Position numbers and translations under genes: made by a program
IMG/VR virus record: IMGVR_UViG_3300042989_000017
Origin: an uncultured virus (IMG/VR IMGVR_UViG_3300042989_000017)
Lineage: Duplodnaviria; Heunggongvirae; Uroviricota; Caudoviricetes
DNA length: 64,000 nt
Reading direction: 5' to 3' (one strand)
Part shown: positions 20,323 to 29,839 of the stretch, piece after piece
Layout of the letters: the number at the start of each line of letters is the position of its first letter
Numbering within the stretch: position 1 is the first letter of the stretch
Notes under the pieces: model-generated
What the model was told of the DNA's origin: nothing
What the model saw: the letters and a program-made list of their open reading frames with translations, nothing else
The model's database searches: none

Positions 20323-20447
20323 TTCTAACTCTGCATCAAGCGTGATAAGCACCCAGCCTGTTTTGGAGTTATTTATTAGCCTGTTTGCAACCTCATAGTT
20401 GCTTAAAATGGTGTAGGGTGCTTACACCTTATGCTTGGTAGTTAGAG
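20323..20447 (+). mobile_element. attC-like site 2 (125 bp)
   Basis: TTCTAAC-TCTG-CATCAAGC...TAAGCACCC/GGGTGCTTA...CCTTATG...GTTAGAG. Confidence 0.75.
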
Positions 20448-20753
20448 CTTGCCTGTTATTAGGTCTAAAAGCATCTTCATTGCTGTATTACCGTCAGAGT
20501 AACAGCCTTCATATTCAATATTTACCTTCGTTTCTAAACTCATCATGTAATCCCCGCCTTTCCAGCCAGTATAGGTTATGCCGATTACACTCTTAGCTTC
20601 CTCAAGCATCTTACCTACTGTCGTATTTTCAACAGGCTCAAATGCTAATTCAGCATAGATGCCTCTCCAAGAGTGCGGGTTTCCCAAACCAAGTTTTACC
20701 GCAGTATCGAGGTCTTTTGTTTCTAAGTAGCTAATATATTCGCCTAAGTTCAT
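20442..20753 (-). CDS. Cassette 3 gene, conserved phage hypothetical (PHSWRG.Y.ELAF...GWKGG.Y.M)
   Basis: AGGAG RBS; stop lies inside the GTTAGAG core. Confidence 0.75.
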   Translation of the reverse strand: MNLGEYISYLETKDLDTAVKLGLGNPHSWRGIYAELAFEPVENTTVGKMLEEAKSVIGITYTGWKGGDYMMSLETKVNIEYEGCYSDGNTAMKMLLDLITGKL

Positions 20754-20769
20754 CGCAAAGCTCCTATGC

Positions 20770-20849
20770 TTCTAACTCAGCAATTAAGCGTGAAAACGCC
20801 CAGCTAGGTATGTAAGTTTATTAAACTTTTGGCAAAATTGCCGTTAACC
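20770..20849 (+). mobile_element. Truncated attC-like site 3
   Basis: Left arm TTCTAACTCAGCAATTAAGCGTGAAAACGCCCAGC matches sites 1 and 2; right arm missing; ends in GTTAACC. Confidence 0.6.
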
Positions 20850-21431
20850 TAAAACCGCCTTAACTTTCCCGTACAAATCAGTAACCGTACCTTTGTTCTC
20901 AATCACATGATCGAAAACCCGATCTTTTAAACCCCCCTCGCTGCTATGTCCCCCAACCGCACTCTCGCCCCGCACCACTTTAATAGTCTTCACGACCCAC
21001 TCATCAGGGTTAAGGTTCTCAATGAGAAAGTTTCCCTCTAACGGAAAACGGAAGTCATCAATGATAACCACGTTCTCACCGACTAAGGAGTTCAACTTAG
21101 CCAGCATAATTTCACCCCACAACGTAGGCACACCTGTGGACTCACGCCACTCTGTACCGAGTGTCTGCATCAGTTTACGGTAGGTGATAGCGGACTGTAA
21201 GTTAGCAACTCGGCCTTCTTTGTTGTTACCTGTCAAAGCCTCGAAGGTCATATCTGCATCGTGCTGTAGCTCCCCTTTCAGCAGAGCATTAAGCATCCGT
21301 TTCAACGGAGCGGCAAAGGCTAATCTTTCTACGTTGCGTTGACGGGTAAGAAGAATCTGTGCAAGGTAGGTAGCTGCCGTTGACTTACCTGATTGCGGTG
21401 CATCGGCAGCGATTAAAAATAACGTATTCAT
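20844..21431 (-). CDS. Deoxynucleoside monophosphate kinase
   Basis: SGKST, FAAPLK, R.LMQ.LGTE, DDFRFP.E, H.SE. Confidence 0.9.
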   Translation of the reverse strand: MNTLFLIAADAPQSGKSTAATYLAQILLTRQRNVERLAFAAPLKRMLNALLKGELQHDADMTFEALTGNNKEGRVANLQSAITYRKLMQTLGTEWRESTGVPTLWGEIMLAKLNSLVGENVVIIDDFRFPLEGNFLIENLNPDEWVVKTIKVVRGESAVGGHSSEGGLKDRVFDHVIENKGTVTDLYGKVKAVLG

Positions 21432-21832
21432 AAACTAGCTCTCGAACGAGCGACAACTCGCTCACCTTTTTTAACTGTTAAGGCTGCTTGCACAGCCCAC
21501 CCATACTTCAGACGTTTACCGATGGTACCTTTGGCTAGACCGAGTTCTCGTTCACGCTGAGGGACATTTACCCCGTCGATTATCTTCGCTTTCTGCTTAC
21601 CGAGTTCTCTCATCAACTCAGGATTACCTTTCGGAGTGTTACACTTTAAGCTTTGAAGGGGGAACTTACGGTACGGAAGACTCAAGTCTCTAAACCATTT
21701 CCGTACCGTAGGTGCACTAACTTCAAACAAATCAGCAATCAAACCTACGGAGTAACCTAGTCGAGTGTAGAAGGCTAAGGAGTCGGCAATCGACTCCCCC
21801 TCAGCTTCAATTTTCTGAAATTTTGTTGTCAA
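21428..21832 (-). CDS. HTH DNA-binding protein
   Basis: IADLFEVSAPTVRKW; TI.KRL.YGW. Confidence 0.6.
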   Translation of the reverse strand: MTTKFQKIEAEGESIADSLAFYTRLGYSVGLIADLFEVSAPTVRKWFRDLSLPYRKFPLQSLKCNTPKGNPELMRELGKQKAKIIDGVNVPQRERELGLAKGTIGKRLKYGWAVQAALTVKKGERVVARSRASL

Positions 21833-21989
21833 GAGGTTTCCCCTTCAGCCAGCCAATTGCTCTATCTAAGCACCATGAACCACCATAACAGCTAAAGAAA
21901 ATGATAACAGCTACAACAAACAACCCCAGAATGACCCCGTGCAGAAAGCAGATTAAAGTCTTTCTAGGCAGATTGAGTAAAGTGAGCAT
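21807..21989 (-). CDS. Small membrane protein
   Basis: 60 aa with a hydrophobic core, packed between neighbours. Confidence 0.45.
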   Translation of the reverse strand: MLTLLNLPRKTLICFLHGVILGLFVVAVIIFFSCYGGSWCLDRAIGWLKGKPLDNKISEN

Positions 21990-22623
21990 CGAGAATTTTC
22001 TCTAGATTAGGTTTGAAGTAGTTAGGCCCTTTCAAAATCTTGCCATCTTCACGGTAAATCGGCTGACCGTCTTCGCCTAGTTTGCTTATGTTGGAGGCCA
22101 TTACCTCTACAAAGCCTGCTTCAAAAGGGAAACCCAACACTTCAGCCATACCTGTGCAGGTATCAAGTAAATCTTGCAGATTTCTTAAAACCGCACTAAC
22201 TAAGTACCCTTTGGTATTTGGGTACTTACAAAGGTTTTCCAAATTGTCTGTTAAGTTCCAGAAGTTAACTTGAAGAAAGTTGAAGATTCCACCGCTGTCT
22301 TCTAAGACCATTAAGGTTTCTTCTGTGGGTTTCAAACTATCTAGCTTCAGACCATAAACACAAGCTGTACCTAAAGTAATAACAGCAACGTCAACTAAAG
22401 CATCAAAGATTTCAACGAGAGCCAGTTGTTTCTCACTCTCATCGAACTCATCACCGTTTAAGATGTTCTCAGCAGCTTCTCCCTCGTTAATTTCCTCTAT
22501 CAATAAACGTAAACGTAAATCGGCAACTTTCTTGCTGCAAAGCGTTTCAAAGTTAACGTCATTGAAAACAGGGTGTCTAAACTTTCGATGGAACTCTGCC
22601 ACAAGAGCCTGTAAATTCTGCAT
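21964..22623 (-). CDS. MazG-like/PRA-PH nucleotide pyrophosphohydrolase
   Basis: LR..LL.EE..E, DAL.D, EV..SN.SK...DG.PIYREDGKILKGPNY. Confidence 0.85.
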   Translation of the reverse strand: MQNLQALVAEFHRKFRHPVFNDVNFETLCSKKVADLRLRLLIEEINEGEAAENILNGDEFDESEKQLALVEIFDALVDVAVITLGTACVYGLKLDSLKPTEETLMVLEDSGGIFNFLQVNFWNLTDNLENLCKYPNTKGYLVSAVLRNLQDLLDTCTGMAEVLGFPFEAGFVEVMASNISKLGEDGQPIYREDGKILKGPNYFKPNLEKILDAHFTQSA

Positions 22624-22648
22624 AATTTGTACCCTACTTTAATTTAAT

Positions 22649-22993
22649 TTAGCTTCGTGAAATAACTTGGGTGGTCGGAAAAGAGTAGTAGATGATAAAG
22701 TTATCTGTACACTTACTGGTTAGAATCGTTAAGCCTTGAGCATAACGGTCACGCTGGTTAAATCGGGCATTCTCATCACGACTGGGAAAATTTGACCAGT
22801 CTTTACGAGCTTGGATAGAGTAAGCGTGAATGAGGTCTTCGTGGCGACCTAAGTTCCACTGAACTAAGCGTAGTCTAACCGCCTCTACCAAAGGGGATAA
22901 GTCCCTCCACCCCATCTCAACACATAGTTGGGACACCCCTTTATTATCATTCAAAGCTTCGAGAGCTTTTGCCACTTCTTGAGGGTTTAACAT
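22649..22993 (-). CDS. Hypothetical protein
   Basis: 114-aa ORF in operon. Confidence 0.55.
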   Translation of the reverse strand: MLNPQEVAKALEALNDNKGVSQLCVEMGWRDLSPLVEAVRLRLVQWNLGRHEDLIHAYSIQARKDWSNFPSRDENARFNQRDRYAQGLTILTSKCTDNFIIYYSFPTTQVISRS

Positions 22994-23069
22994 TTTTCCT
23001 AGTTTCCAGAGGTATGAAAGGTTAGCGTTGATTTTAACACTAACCTTTCTACGGTTTGTTGGTGCTTTG

Positions 23070-25181
23070 TTACAATTGAGTAAAGAGAACTCGTTTCAAA
23101 CCTTCAACCTCGATAGGTTCTTCTTCGTGACTCACCAAGATAAGCTGCTCAATTGAGTTGCTCTTGATTAAGTTATTAAGAGACTGCCATAGTAAACCTG
23201 TACGGTTTACGTCCATCGAGGCATCTAACTCGTCACCGATAACGACACTGAAGACCTTATGAGTTAACACTTGGCCGAGAGCGATGCGCAGCGCAATGTT
23301 AATCACCGCCTGCTCGCTACCTGAGAACAAGTCAACTCGTTTGCCGTCAGCTTTAACTGAGAAGTCATCAAGCATTTGGATGGAGCGAATGACCCCGTTA
23401 GTCATCACGCTGACAAGAGAAGACGCAGCTTTGTTGAGCGAAGGCAGTAGGAAACTCTTGATACGTTTCTTGGTTTCTTTCAAGCCATTGATTGCTAACT
23501 TATGGTCAGCAATTGTCAGCTCTAAATCTTCAATCAACTCAGCACGTTTAGCGTACTTGGCAGACTCTAACTCGTAAGCTTTTAACTGGTAGTCGTAATG
23601 CTCAGAAGCCTTAATCTTCACCTCTGCTTCTCTTAGATTTTCCTCGCAACCCTCAAGCTTGGCGACATGGGCTTCTGAGATAGCGTTCTTAGCTAGGCTC
23701 TCCTTGAAGTGAACTAAGTTAGCTTCATACGCTGCGTGTGCCGCTACGAGGCTCTCTTGATGTTTGAGTGTGGCTTCAAGCTGACCACAGTAAGTAAAAT
23801 CAAACTCAGTGCTGCCTAAATCTTCAAACTGCTGATTTAGGTCTGTAATCCGCTTAGACTGGTTCTCGTAAGCAGTCACGTCACGTTCAAATTTATCCAA
23901 ACGCTCTAACTGTAGTTTGTAATCGTCAGCGAAAACCTTGTACAGTCTAAGTAACTCGGTCTCGATTTCAGCAATGCGAGCCAAGTTGGGGAGACGCATT
24001 TCTTCGACGATAAGAGAGGCTTCAGAGTATTTTCCGTTTTCCACAATGTCGTTCGCTAAAACGGAAGTTAAATCTTCGGGTTTAACCAAGAGAGCTAAAG
24101 CTTTACTGATTGAAGCTAACTCTCCCTCTGCATTAGGTACAAACTCATGCTCACAGACAGGGCAGGTAACAAGGTGAGCTGAGACTTCATTGAAACGCTT
24201 AACCAGTTTGTAAACCTGACTGCACCAACGGTCATTATCAATCTCCTCCCTCGTCAGCCTAGGTTTATCCAGCAAACCGCGCTCTCTATCCAGCAAACTA
24301 ATCTGCCTGTCAATGTCGGCCATTGCTAAGAGAGCCTCTCTCGGTAACGTATTAGGCCGTACAGGTGCAGTAAGCTTGAAACTATCGCGCTCTTGGGTTA
24401 AGCGTTTCTGTTGAGCAACTTTCTGACCGACTTCAGCTTTCTTAGCAAGCCACCACTTAACGTCTTCGCGTAACTTATCTAAATCCGCCGCCATTAAAAC
24501 CACACCGTTCGGTTTTACAGGTTCAACTAAGGTTACGATTTTCGCTTTCGCATTGCGATAACCTAAAACTAACCCCTGCAAAGAACCTAAAACCTCAACA
24601 CGGTCAGCTAAACTTAAAAAACCTACAGGTATCTGAGGAGCGACAGGTTGCACATGAAGAAGCGTATTCGCTTTCAAGTCTGCCTGCGCCTCTAAAGAAA
24701 CCTTATTCAGCTCGCTGATAACTTTGTCGATTACCGTTAAACCAACCGTGTTCTCCAGCACTTGACGACGATCTTCGGGGCGTAGGCGGTCAGTGAGGGC
24801 GTTCACCTGTCCTTGCTTAATATGGTTGGCCACATTGTAGACTTTCATACCGTAGCCGAGTAAACGTAAAATGGCAGCGTTAACGGCTGTTGTGCTAGAA
24901 GCTGTTGGCGCGTTGCCTTCATACAGCATCGTTTCCTTTTTACTGCGAACGACACGGAGAGGACGGTCTTTCACTTTGAAAAGCAGTTGGCAATCTAAGG
25001 TTGGAAACTCTTCTAAGTTTCCGCGCAGGGCAGCCGTACCGAACAGACAATAGGAAACCATCTCCAGTACCGTGGATTTGCCTCGCCCATTAGGTGCGGT
25101 GAGAAGATTAAAACCTTTCTCAAAATTGATAACGGCATCGGCAACCGTAGGGTGGCCTTTGAGGATGAGTTTAGTGAGCAT
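23070..25181 (-). CDS. SbcC/Rad50-like ABC ATPase
   Basis: Walker A NGRGKST, Q-loop, coiled coil with CPVC zinc hook, FSGSE signature, DELD Walker B, VSH. Confidence 0.92.
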   Translation of the reverse strand: MLTKLILKGHPTVADAVINFEKGFNLLTAPNGRGKSTVLEMVSYCLFGTAALRGNLEEFPTLDCQLLFKVKDRPLRVVRSKKETMLYEGNAPTASSTTAVNAAILRLLGYGMKVYNVANHIKQGQVNALTDRLRPEDRRQVLENTVGLTVIDKVISELNKVSLEAQADLKANTLLHVQPVAPQIPVGFLSLADRVEVLGSLQGLVLGYRNAKAKIVTLVEPVKPNGVVLMAADLDKLREDVKWWLAKKAEVGQKVAQQKRLTQERDSFKLTAPVRPNTLPREALLAMADIDRQISLLDRERGLLDKPRLTREEIDNDRWCSQVYKLVKRFNEVSAHLVTCPVCEHEFVPNAEGELASISKALALLVKPEDLTSVLANDIVENGKYSEASLIVEEMRLPNLARIAEIETELLRLYKVFADDYKLQLERLDKFERDVTAYENQSKRITDLNQQFEDLGSTEFDFTYCGQLEATLKHQESLVAAHAAYEANLVHFKESLAKNAISEAHVAKLEGCEENLREAEVKIKASEHYDYQLKAYELESAKYAKRAELIEDLELTIADHKLAINGLKETKKRIKSFLLPSLNKAASSLVSVMTNGVIRSIQMLDDFSVKADGKRVDLFSGSEQAVINIALRIALGQVLTHKVFSVVIGDELDASMDVNRTGLLWQSLNNLIKSNSIEQLILVSHEEEPIEVEGLKRVLFTQL

Positions 25182-25503
25182 TGGGACACCCCTTTGTAAA
25201 ATCTCCAACTAAAGCAGTTACACGCAGAACATCTTCCATAAAAGGTTTAATAGCAAAGTTGTGGGTTTGAGAGTGGAAAATCTTAGCCTGCCCTCCAACC
25301 TCTACACTGAGACGAACATAGGAGTTTGAGATAACATTTTGAGAACGAGAGGTTGTTTGCAGGGTCAGGTAATCACAACCACCGTGTACTTTCAAACCCT
25401 GTTTTAACAAAATAGTGAAAGCTGCTGGGTCGCAAACAGCAGAGGTATAGTCAACCTGATACTCAGCAAGGGAGTTCAGGATTTCAAGGAATAAGTTTCG
25501 CAT
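25171..25503 (-). CDS. Hypothetical protein between the sbcD- and sbcC-like genes
   Basis: 110-aa ORF, translationally coupled. Confidence 0.6.
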   Translation of the reverse strand: MRNLFLEILNSLAEYQVDYTSAVCDPAAFTILLKQGLKVHGGCDYLTLQTTSRSQNVISNSYVRLSVEVGGQAKIFHSQTHNFAIKPFMEDVLRVTALVGDFTKGCPNAH

Positions 25504-26471
25504 TATGTGTTCTCCATTTTCAGTTCAGTTAAACGAGTCTTCACCCAGTCAGTTAGCTCTACAGACACACCTTCTAAGCACTCAGCTAAGATACTGTCGC
25601 TGTTGAAAGAGTCGTAGGCTACGTCAAGGGCCTCGGTTTCTTCTTCGGCTACGTGTTTGAAAACCAGTGATAGGCAATCAACCTGTTGATCGAAAACCTC
25701 ACCGCCTTTAAGCAAAATCCGAAGATTCACATCTTTGAAACTCTCAGGCTCGCACTTTTCAAACTCGGCCAAAGTCAGTGTTTGATAGAAAGTATCACCA
25801 AATGCCTGCTCACCGTGAGCGTAGGGCTGCATTGAGCCGACTGCGTGAACCGTAACACCATGCCGTTCAATCGTTTGCTGCTTGTGAATATGCCCTGTGT
25901 AAACTTCTGTAATTCCGAGTTTAGCGAAAACCTCCGTCGGCACTAAATTGAAGTCAGAGCTGTGAGAGGTTAAGTCCCAGTGCCCGAAAGCGGCTAAGTA
26001 ATTTGCGCCTTGCTGTAAAGAGCTGGCGAGTTCTGCTGCCGATTTAAAGGCATCGTAGCCGAACAAGGCAATGTAGCCGTTTTCGAGTTGAAGCTCCCAA
26101 ACCTGCTTAACGAAAATCACGTCAGGGCAAAGTTTTTCGAGTACGTCAAAGGAACCTTTCCTAACACTATCTCTACTAGAATCGTGATTGCCCTTTAGAA
26201 CGTAAATCTTCTTCCACTCAGTAGCCGCATTAAGTGTCTCTGCTGTGTCCAGCACAAGGTTTTCTTCCACACTGTACTTATCAAGTAAGTCACCCATAAT
26301 AATCACAGGTATGTTGTCAGTGCTTGAGACCTGTTGGGTGAAGTCTAAGAGAACATCAGCTTCTCTCTCACCTAGTCTGTGAACAGGTACGCCTGTCTTG
26401 AAGACACGGCCTAGATGAGGGTCGCCGATAAGTTTGAACGTCGAGTTACCGACTGGGATTAGTTTGGACAT
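25503..26471 (-). CDS. SbcD/Mre11-like metallophosphoesterase nuclease
   Basis: GDPHLG, GDLLD, GNHD, GH, GHIH. Confidence 0.92.
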   Translation of the reverse strand: MSKLIPVGNSTFKLIGDPHLGRVFKTGVPVHRLGEREADVLLDFTQQVSSTDNIPVIIMGDLLDKYSVEENLVLDTAETLNAATEWKKIYVLKGNHDSSRDSVRKGSFDVLEKLCPDVIFVKQVWELQLENGYIALFGYDAFKSAAELASSLQQGANYLAAFGHWDLTSHSSDFNLVPTEVFAKLGITEVYTGHIHKQQTIERHGVTVHAVGSMQPYAHGEQAFGDTFYQTLTLAEFEKCEPESFKDVNLRILLKGGEVFDQQVDCLSLVFKHVAEEETEALDVAYDSFNSDSILAECLEGVSVELTDWVKTRLTELKMENT

Positions 26472-26527
26472 TTTCAGTTCCTCAGTAAGTGAAACGCCTC
26501 ATCAGAGGCGTTTTAAGTGTAAAGTTT

Positions 26528-26746
26528 CTAATTTTCTAAGGTAGGTGGTTCTTGTCGGTTTTCTGTAACAGTTTCGTTCACCGTAGGTGTATCTCGCCAT
26601 TCTCCTTTACCTGACACGCCGAGAGGGTCCGTCCAGTATTGTTGAAGGATAAGAGTCCAGTGGGGGGTAACTCCGTAATCATAAGGGACTAAACGGTGTA
26701 CCCACCGTATATGCGGCGTTGCCACTAACAAACTATTCGCACTCAT
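26528..26746 (-). CDS. Hypothetical protein
   Basis: 72-aa ORF with LQQYW...GEWRD.P pattern common in phages. Confidence 0.6.
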   Translation of the reverse strand: MSANSLLVATPHIRWVHRLVPYDYGVTPHWTLILQQYWTDPLGVSGKGEWRDTPTVNETVTENRQEPPTLEN

Positions 26747-27023
26747 TTTCTATTTCCTCTAAGCTGACAAGGTCTCGCATACCGCGAAGGTTTCCCCCTA
26801 CCTCCTCATACTGTTGGCGGAAAACAACTTTGAAAATCCGCTGCTCGGCAGGGTCTTGAACATACACAGTATGTTCACCTGCTGGCACAACTTTGTTCCA
26901 ACCAAGAAAGTGGCTAGCAGTAAATTCCACATCAACTTTTGAATTGTTAGTGACGAAGTTTTCCCAGCAGCCTTTTTCTAATCGGCATCGCCAGTTCTTT
27001 TGGCCGTTAGTGAGTTGGGGCAT
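26733..27023 (-). CDS. Hypothetical protein
   Basis: 96-aa coupled ORF. Confidence 0.55.
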   Translation of the reverse strand: MPQLTNGQKNWRCRLEKGCWENFVTNNSKVDVEFTASHFLGWNKVVPAGEHTVYVQDPAEQRIFKVVFRQQYEEVGGNLRGMRDLVSLEEIENECE

Positions 27024-27634
27024 TAGTAATCCTCCGTGGGTACAGGCTCAGGCCGAACTGCGCTAACTCCACACTCCATCTCCGCTAAAAATAGATACTT
27101 CAACTGATGCAGTACATCGTCAACAGCATCGTGCGCTGTACCTTCAAACGGTACAGATTTCTTAGAGCGCATCGGTAAACCTTTGCCTTTGTATAACCCT
27201 CGCACATAAGAGAGTAAATCAACGGTGTCCCAATATTTAATTGGGGAAGGTTGCCCTAAATCCTCAAAATACGATTGCAGGAACATGAAATCAAACCCAT
27301 TTCTGTTTGCCCAAAACGTAGGCCGTACATCGCCAATCCAGTGCTTAAACGCAAGACAGGCAATGTGAGGCGAGTGCGGATTTGTCGTAGCTGCTGCATA
27401 AGCTTCAGGCTTGCTTAACCACCACTCACGTGTTGACTCAGACCACAGACGGTGAGCCATTGTAGGTTTAAGGCAGACGTTGAAAGGTACAGGGTCGTAC
27501 TCTTGTGTTCTTAGGTTGAAGCGTATCGCTGCGATTTGCAGGATATGGCCTCTGTCGGGTGAAACGCTTGTTGTTTCTAAGTCACACATCAAGTCAGGAA
27601 AGCTTGACGGCGGTAGGTCAGGTCTTGGAATCAT
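27023..27634 (-). CDS. DEDDh 3'-5' exonuclease
   Basis: DLETT, FD, HDAVDD. Confidence 0.88.
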   Translation of the reverse strand: MIPRPDLPPSSFPDLMCDLETTSVSPDRGHILQIAAIRFNLRTQEYDPVPFNVCLKPTMAHRLWSESTREWWLSKPEAYAAATTNPHSPHIACLAFKHWIGDVRPTFWANRNGFDFMFLQSYFEDLGQPSPIKYWDTVDLLSYVRGLYKGKGLPMRSKKSVPFEGTAHDAVDDVLHQLKYLFLAEMECGVSAVRPEPVPTEDY

Positions 27635-27727
27635 TTTCGGTTTCCTTTGGTTCTTTGATTTCAGGTGTGGGTCGTGCTTCTAAACGCCGTTCAGCTTCTT
27701 GGTAGAGCTGCATAAACTCCTCATGGC

Positions 27728-27913
27728 TCATATCTCTGTCACCTTCAAAAATTTTACGCATCCTTCACCCAAGAAAGTGAAAACATAACCGAGAACCCAA
27801 GCCGTAAAACGTGGAATAAGAAGTAGGAGAATTAAAAACATAAGCGGGAAAAGTTTCCAGGCGTAATCTTCAATCAAAGAGTCGAGCTTGTCAGGTTTGT
27901 TGGGGTTTTCCAT
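27728..27913 (-). CDS. Small membrane protein
   Basis: Hydrophobic ORF with AAGGG RBS. Confidence 0.45.
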   Translation of the reverse strand: MENPNKPDKLDSLIEDYAWKLFPLMFLILLLLIPRFTAWVLGYVFTFLGEGCVKFLKVTEI

Positions 27914-28218
27914 TTTAGTTTTCCCTTTAGGGTTACGATGCGAATAGAGTTCAGTTTTCACAATCCTCTACTCCGTCTCAGGTAACGGGCAAGTTTTCCA
28001 AGGTGCTTCATGTTCCTAAAGCCCCATTTAAAACTGTAAAATTCAGCCCGAAATTTTTAGAATACATTGCACTTTAACTCCTGAATTGAGCAAGTTGATG
28101 CAGAAGGGGAAAGCTCCCCTTCATTTGTACTACACTGACTCAAAAGAAAAACTGTTCCTACCAAAGTTAAACCTAACAGGAAACCTGCACTGAGCTGTTT
28201 GAGAGCCTGTGACATAAA

Positions 28219-28608
28219 TTACTCCTGCTTGAACTTCTCAAGCGTTGCTAAATCGAAACTTCTTAAACCCTCTTTAACGGCTCGGATGACGATAAAAGAG
28301 GGGACTAAGTACCAGGTTTTAGTCTCTTTTTGAAACAGGTAAAACAGATAGGGCTGGCCAAGCCTATGGATCTGAGCCGCCCATGCAAATTGCGAGGACT
28401 TGATATTTGAGAAAGGGAAAGTCCTCCCCTTAAAAGACTTTACCTCACAGAATACTGACCCTCGCTCATAAACGACAACATAATCGCTTGGGTTGCTCTG
28501 TAACCAGCTACCGTTAGCATCTTTTACATCCTGAAACCGTATCGGTAAACCCCCGTTGAACCTCACTCTATCTTCAAAGAGAAGCTCTACTTGTTTTGGA
28601 CTTAGCAT
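28219..28608 (-). CDS. PD-(D/E)xK nuclease, RecU/Holliday-junction resolvase-like
   Basis: PSDY...FCEVKS...F.NI...Q. Confidence 0.7.
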   Translation of the reverse strand: MLSPKQVELLFEDRVRFNGGLPIRFQDVKDANGSWLQSNPSDYVVVYERGSVFCEVKSFKGRTFPFSNIKSSQFAWAAQIHRLGQPYLFYLFQKETKTWYLVPSFIVIRAVKEGLRSFDLATLEKFKQE

Positions 28609-28678
28609 GGTCTTGATACTCTAAAGTGTGGTTTAGATTATCAGGGTTTCTCATGTTTAATGTTAGTTTTATGTAACC

Positions 28679-28987
28679 TTAAACCTTTACAGCGTGGACT
28701 CTCACGTACCTAATCACATCCCCTGTAGTACAGAGCGTTGTCGCTTCCACCATCACCTTCTTAGCCAGCTCATGTAAGCTGATACGATGTTTCGGTGCGG
28801 CATCTGCTTTGACAACCTCACGAACTAAACCATCGTCAGCGACGATGCCTATTAAAATTTTACAGCTCCAGAGCTGCTTATGTTTCTCGGCAGACAGGAA
28901 TGCTCCCGTGAAACGTAAATCGCGGCGGCTTTCCAAAGTTAGCGCGTCGAACCAAACTTCAGTACGACAGGGTTTACGTTTGGACAT
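28679..28987 (-). CDS. Hypothetical protein
   Basis: ATG with GGAG RBS. Confidence 0.55.
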   Translation of the reverse strand: MSKRKPCRTEVWFDALTLESRRDLRFTGAFLSAEKHKQLWSCKILIGIVADDGLVREVVKADAAPKHRISLHELAKKVMVEATTLCTTGDVIRYVRVHAVKV

Positions 28988-29111
28988 TTTGATTCTCCAG
29001 TTGTGGGAAGGGTTTCCGAAGAAACCCCTTAATTTTTTTACTTTGACTTTCGCTCTAACCAAAAACCTAGAGCGAACAAGACTGCTGAAAACAGTCCAAG
29101 GATTAAGTCAA

Positions 29112-29471
29112 TCAATTAGCGACCCCATCTACGTCAGAACAGCCAACAACCTTCGGCGTGTAGCCACAGTAGCGTTTCTGTTCCTTGTAGCCGCCATTGG
29201 GGTTAGGGACACTGCCAGAACAGCTCACAAAACCATTTGTGTTACTATCAGTAGGGCGGCACTCATTAAGTTGCCCACGCTGGTTGCCTGCGATAACCCA
29301 CTCTTTTTCAAAGTAGGCTTTAGCATTCGACTGAGAACGTAAACGCTCGTCAGCATTTAGAGCATAGACGCGCTCTTCAGTGGCAATACGAATCTTTTCT
29401 TCGGGCGTTTGACGGCTACAAGCAGTGGTTAATAGGGTGAAGGCTAAGATAGCAAGGATTTGCTTTTTCAT
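29112..29471 (-). CDS. Lipoprotein
   Basis: MKKQILAILAFTLLTTA-C lipobox; four further Cys. Confidence 0.7.
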   Translation of the reverse strand: MKKQILAILAFTLLTTACSRQTPEEKIRIATEERVYALNADERLRSQSNAKAYFEKEWVIAGNQRGQLNECRPTDSNTNGFVSCSGSVPNPNGGYKEQKRYCGYTPKVVGCSDVDGVAN

Positions 29472-29539
29472 GGGTTTGTCCTCTGAGACGATAAAAGTAG
29501 GTGGTGTTGAATTAAGGGGTTGCAATGTACCACAGAGTT

Positions 29540-29839
29540 TTATGGTTTCTGTGTATTTTGTGTAATAGTCTGACTCTCCAATAAGTTTTTCATAAACGTG
29601 TTTAAGTCACCTTCAACCCACCAAGCGCGTGGAGAGCAGCCGTCATGTTTCAACTGCCCTGCTGAAACGCTTTGCAGTTTCGTTAAAAGTTTCTGCAAAC
29701 TTCGATAGGACTTCGGATAGTTTGTCGCTTCCCGAAGTTCTACTAAGCCGATGCGTTTTCGGCCTACGAGGTAAGCTAAAATACGGCAGGCTTCAAGAAA
29801 AGTAACTTCAAAGCTTTGTGGGACACCTGTGTTACTCAT
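29540..29839 (-). CDS. Hypothetical protein (possible winged HTH)
   Basis: AGGAG RBS; RSLQKLL.KL...W pattern. Confidence 0.5.
   Translation of the reverse strand: MSNTGVPQSFEVTFLEACRILAYLVGRKRIGLVELREATNYPKSYRSLQKLLTKLQSVSAGQLKHDGCSPRAWWVEGDLNTFMKNLLESQTITQNTQKP

Noticed and set aside
19995..20849. CRISPR array interpretation of the repeated elements
   Set aside because: Repeats are ~125-bp hairpins and the spacers are whole genes of 200-400 bp; no cas genes
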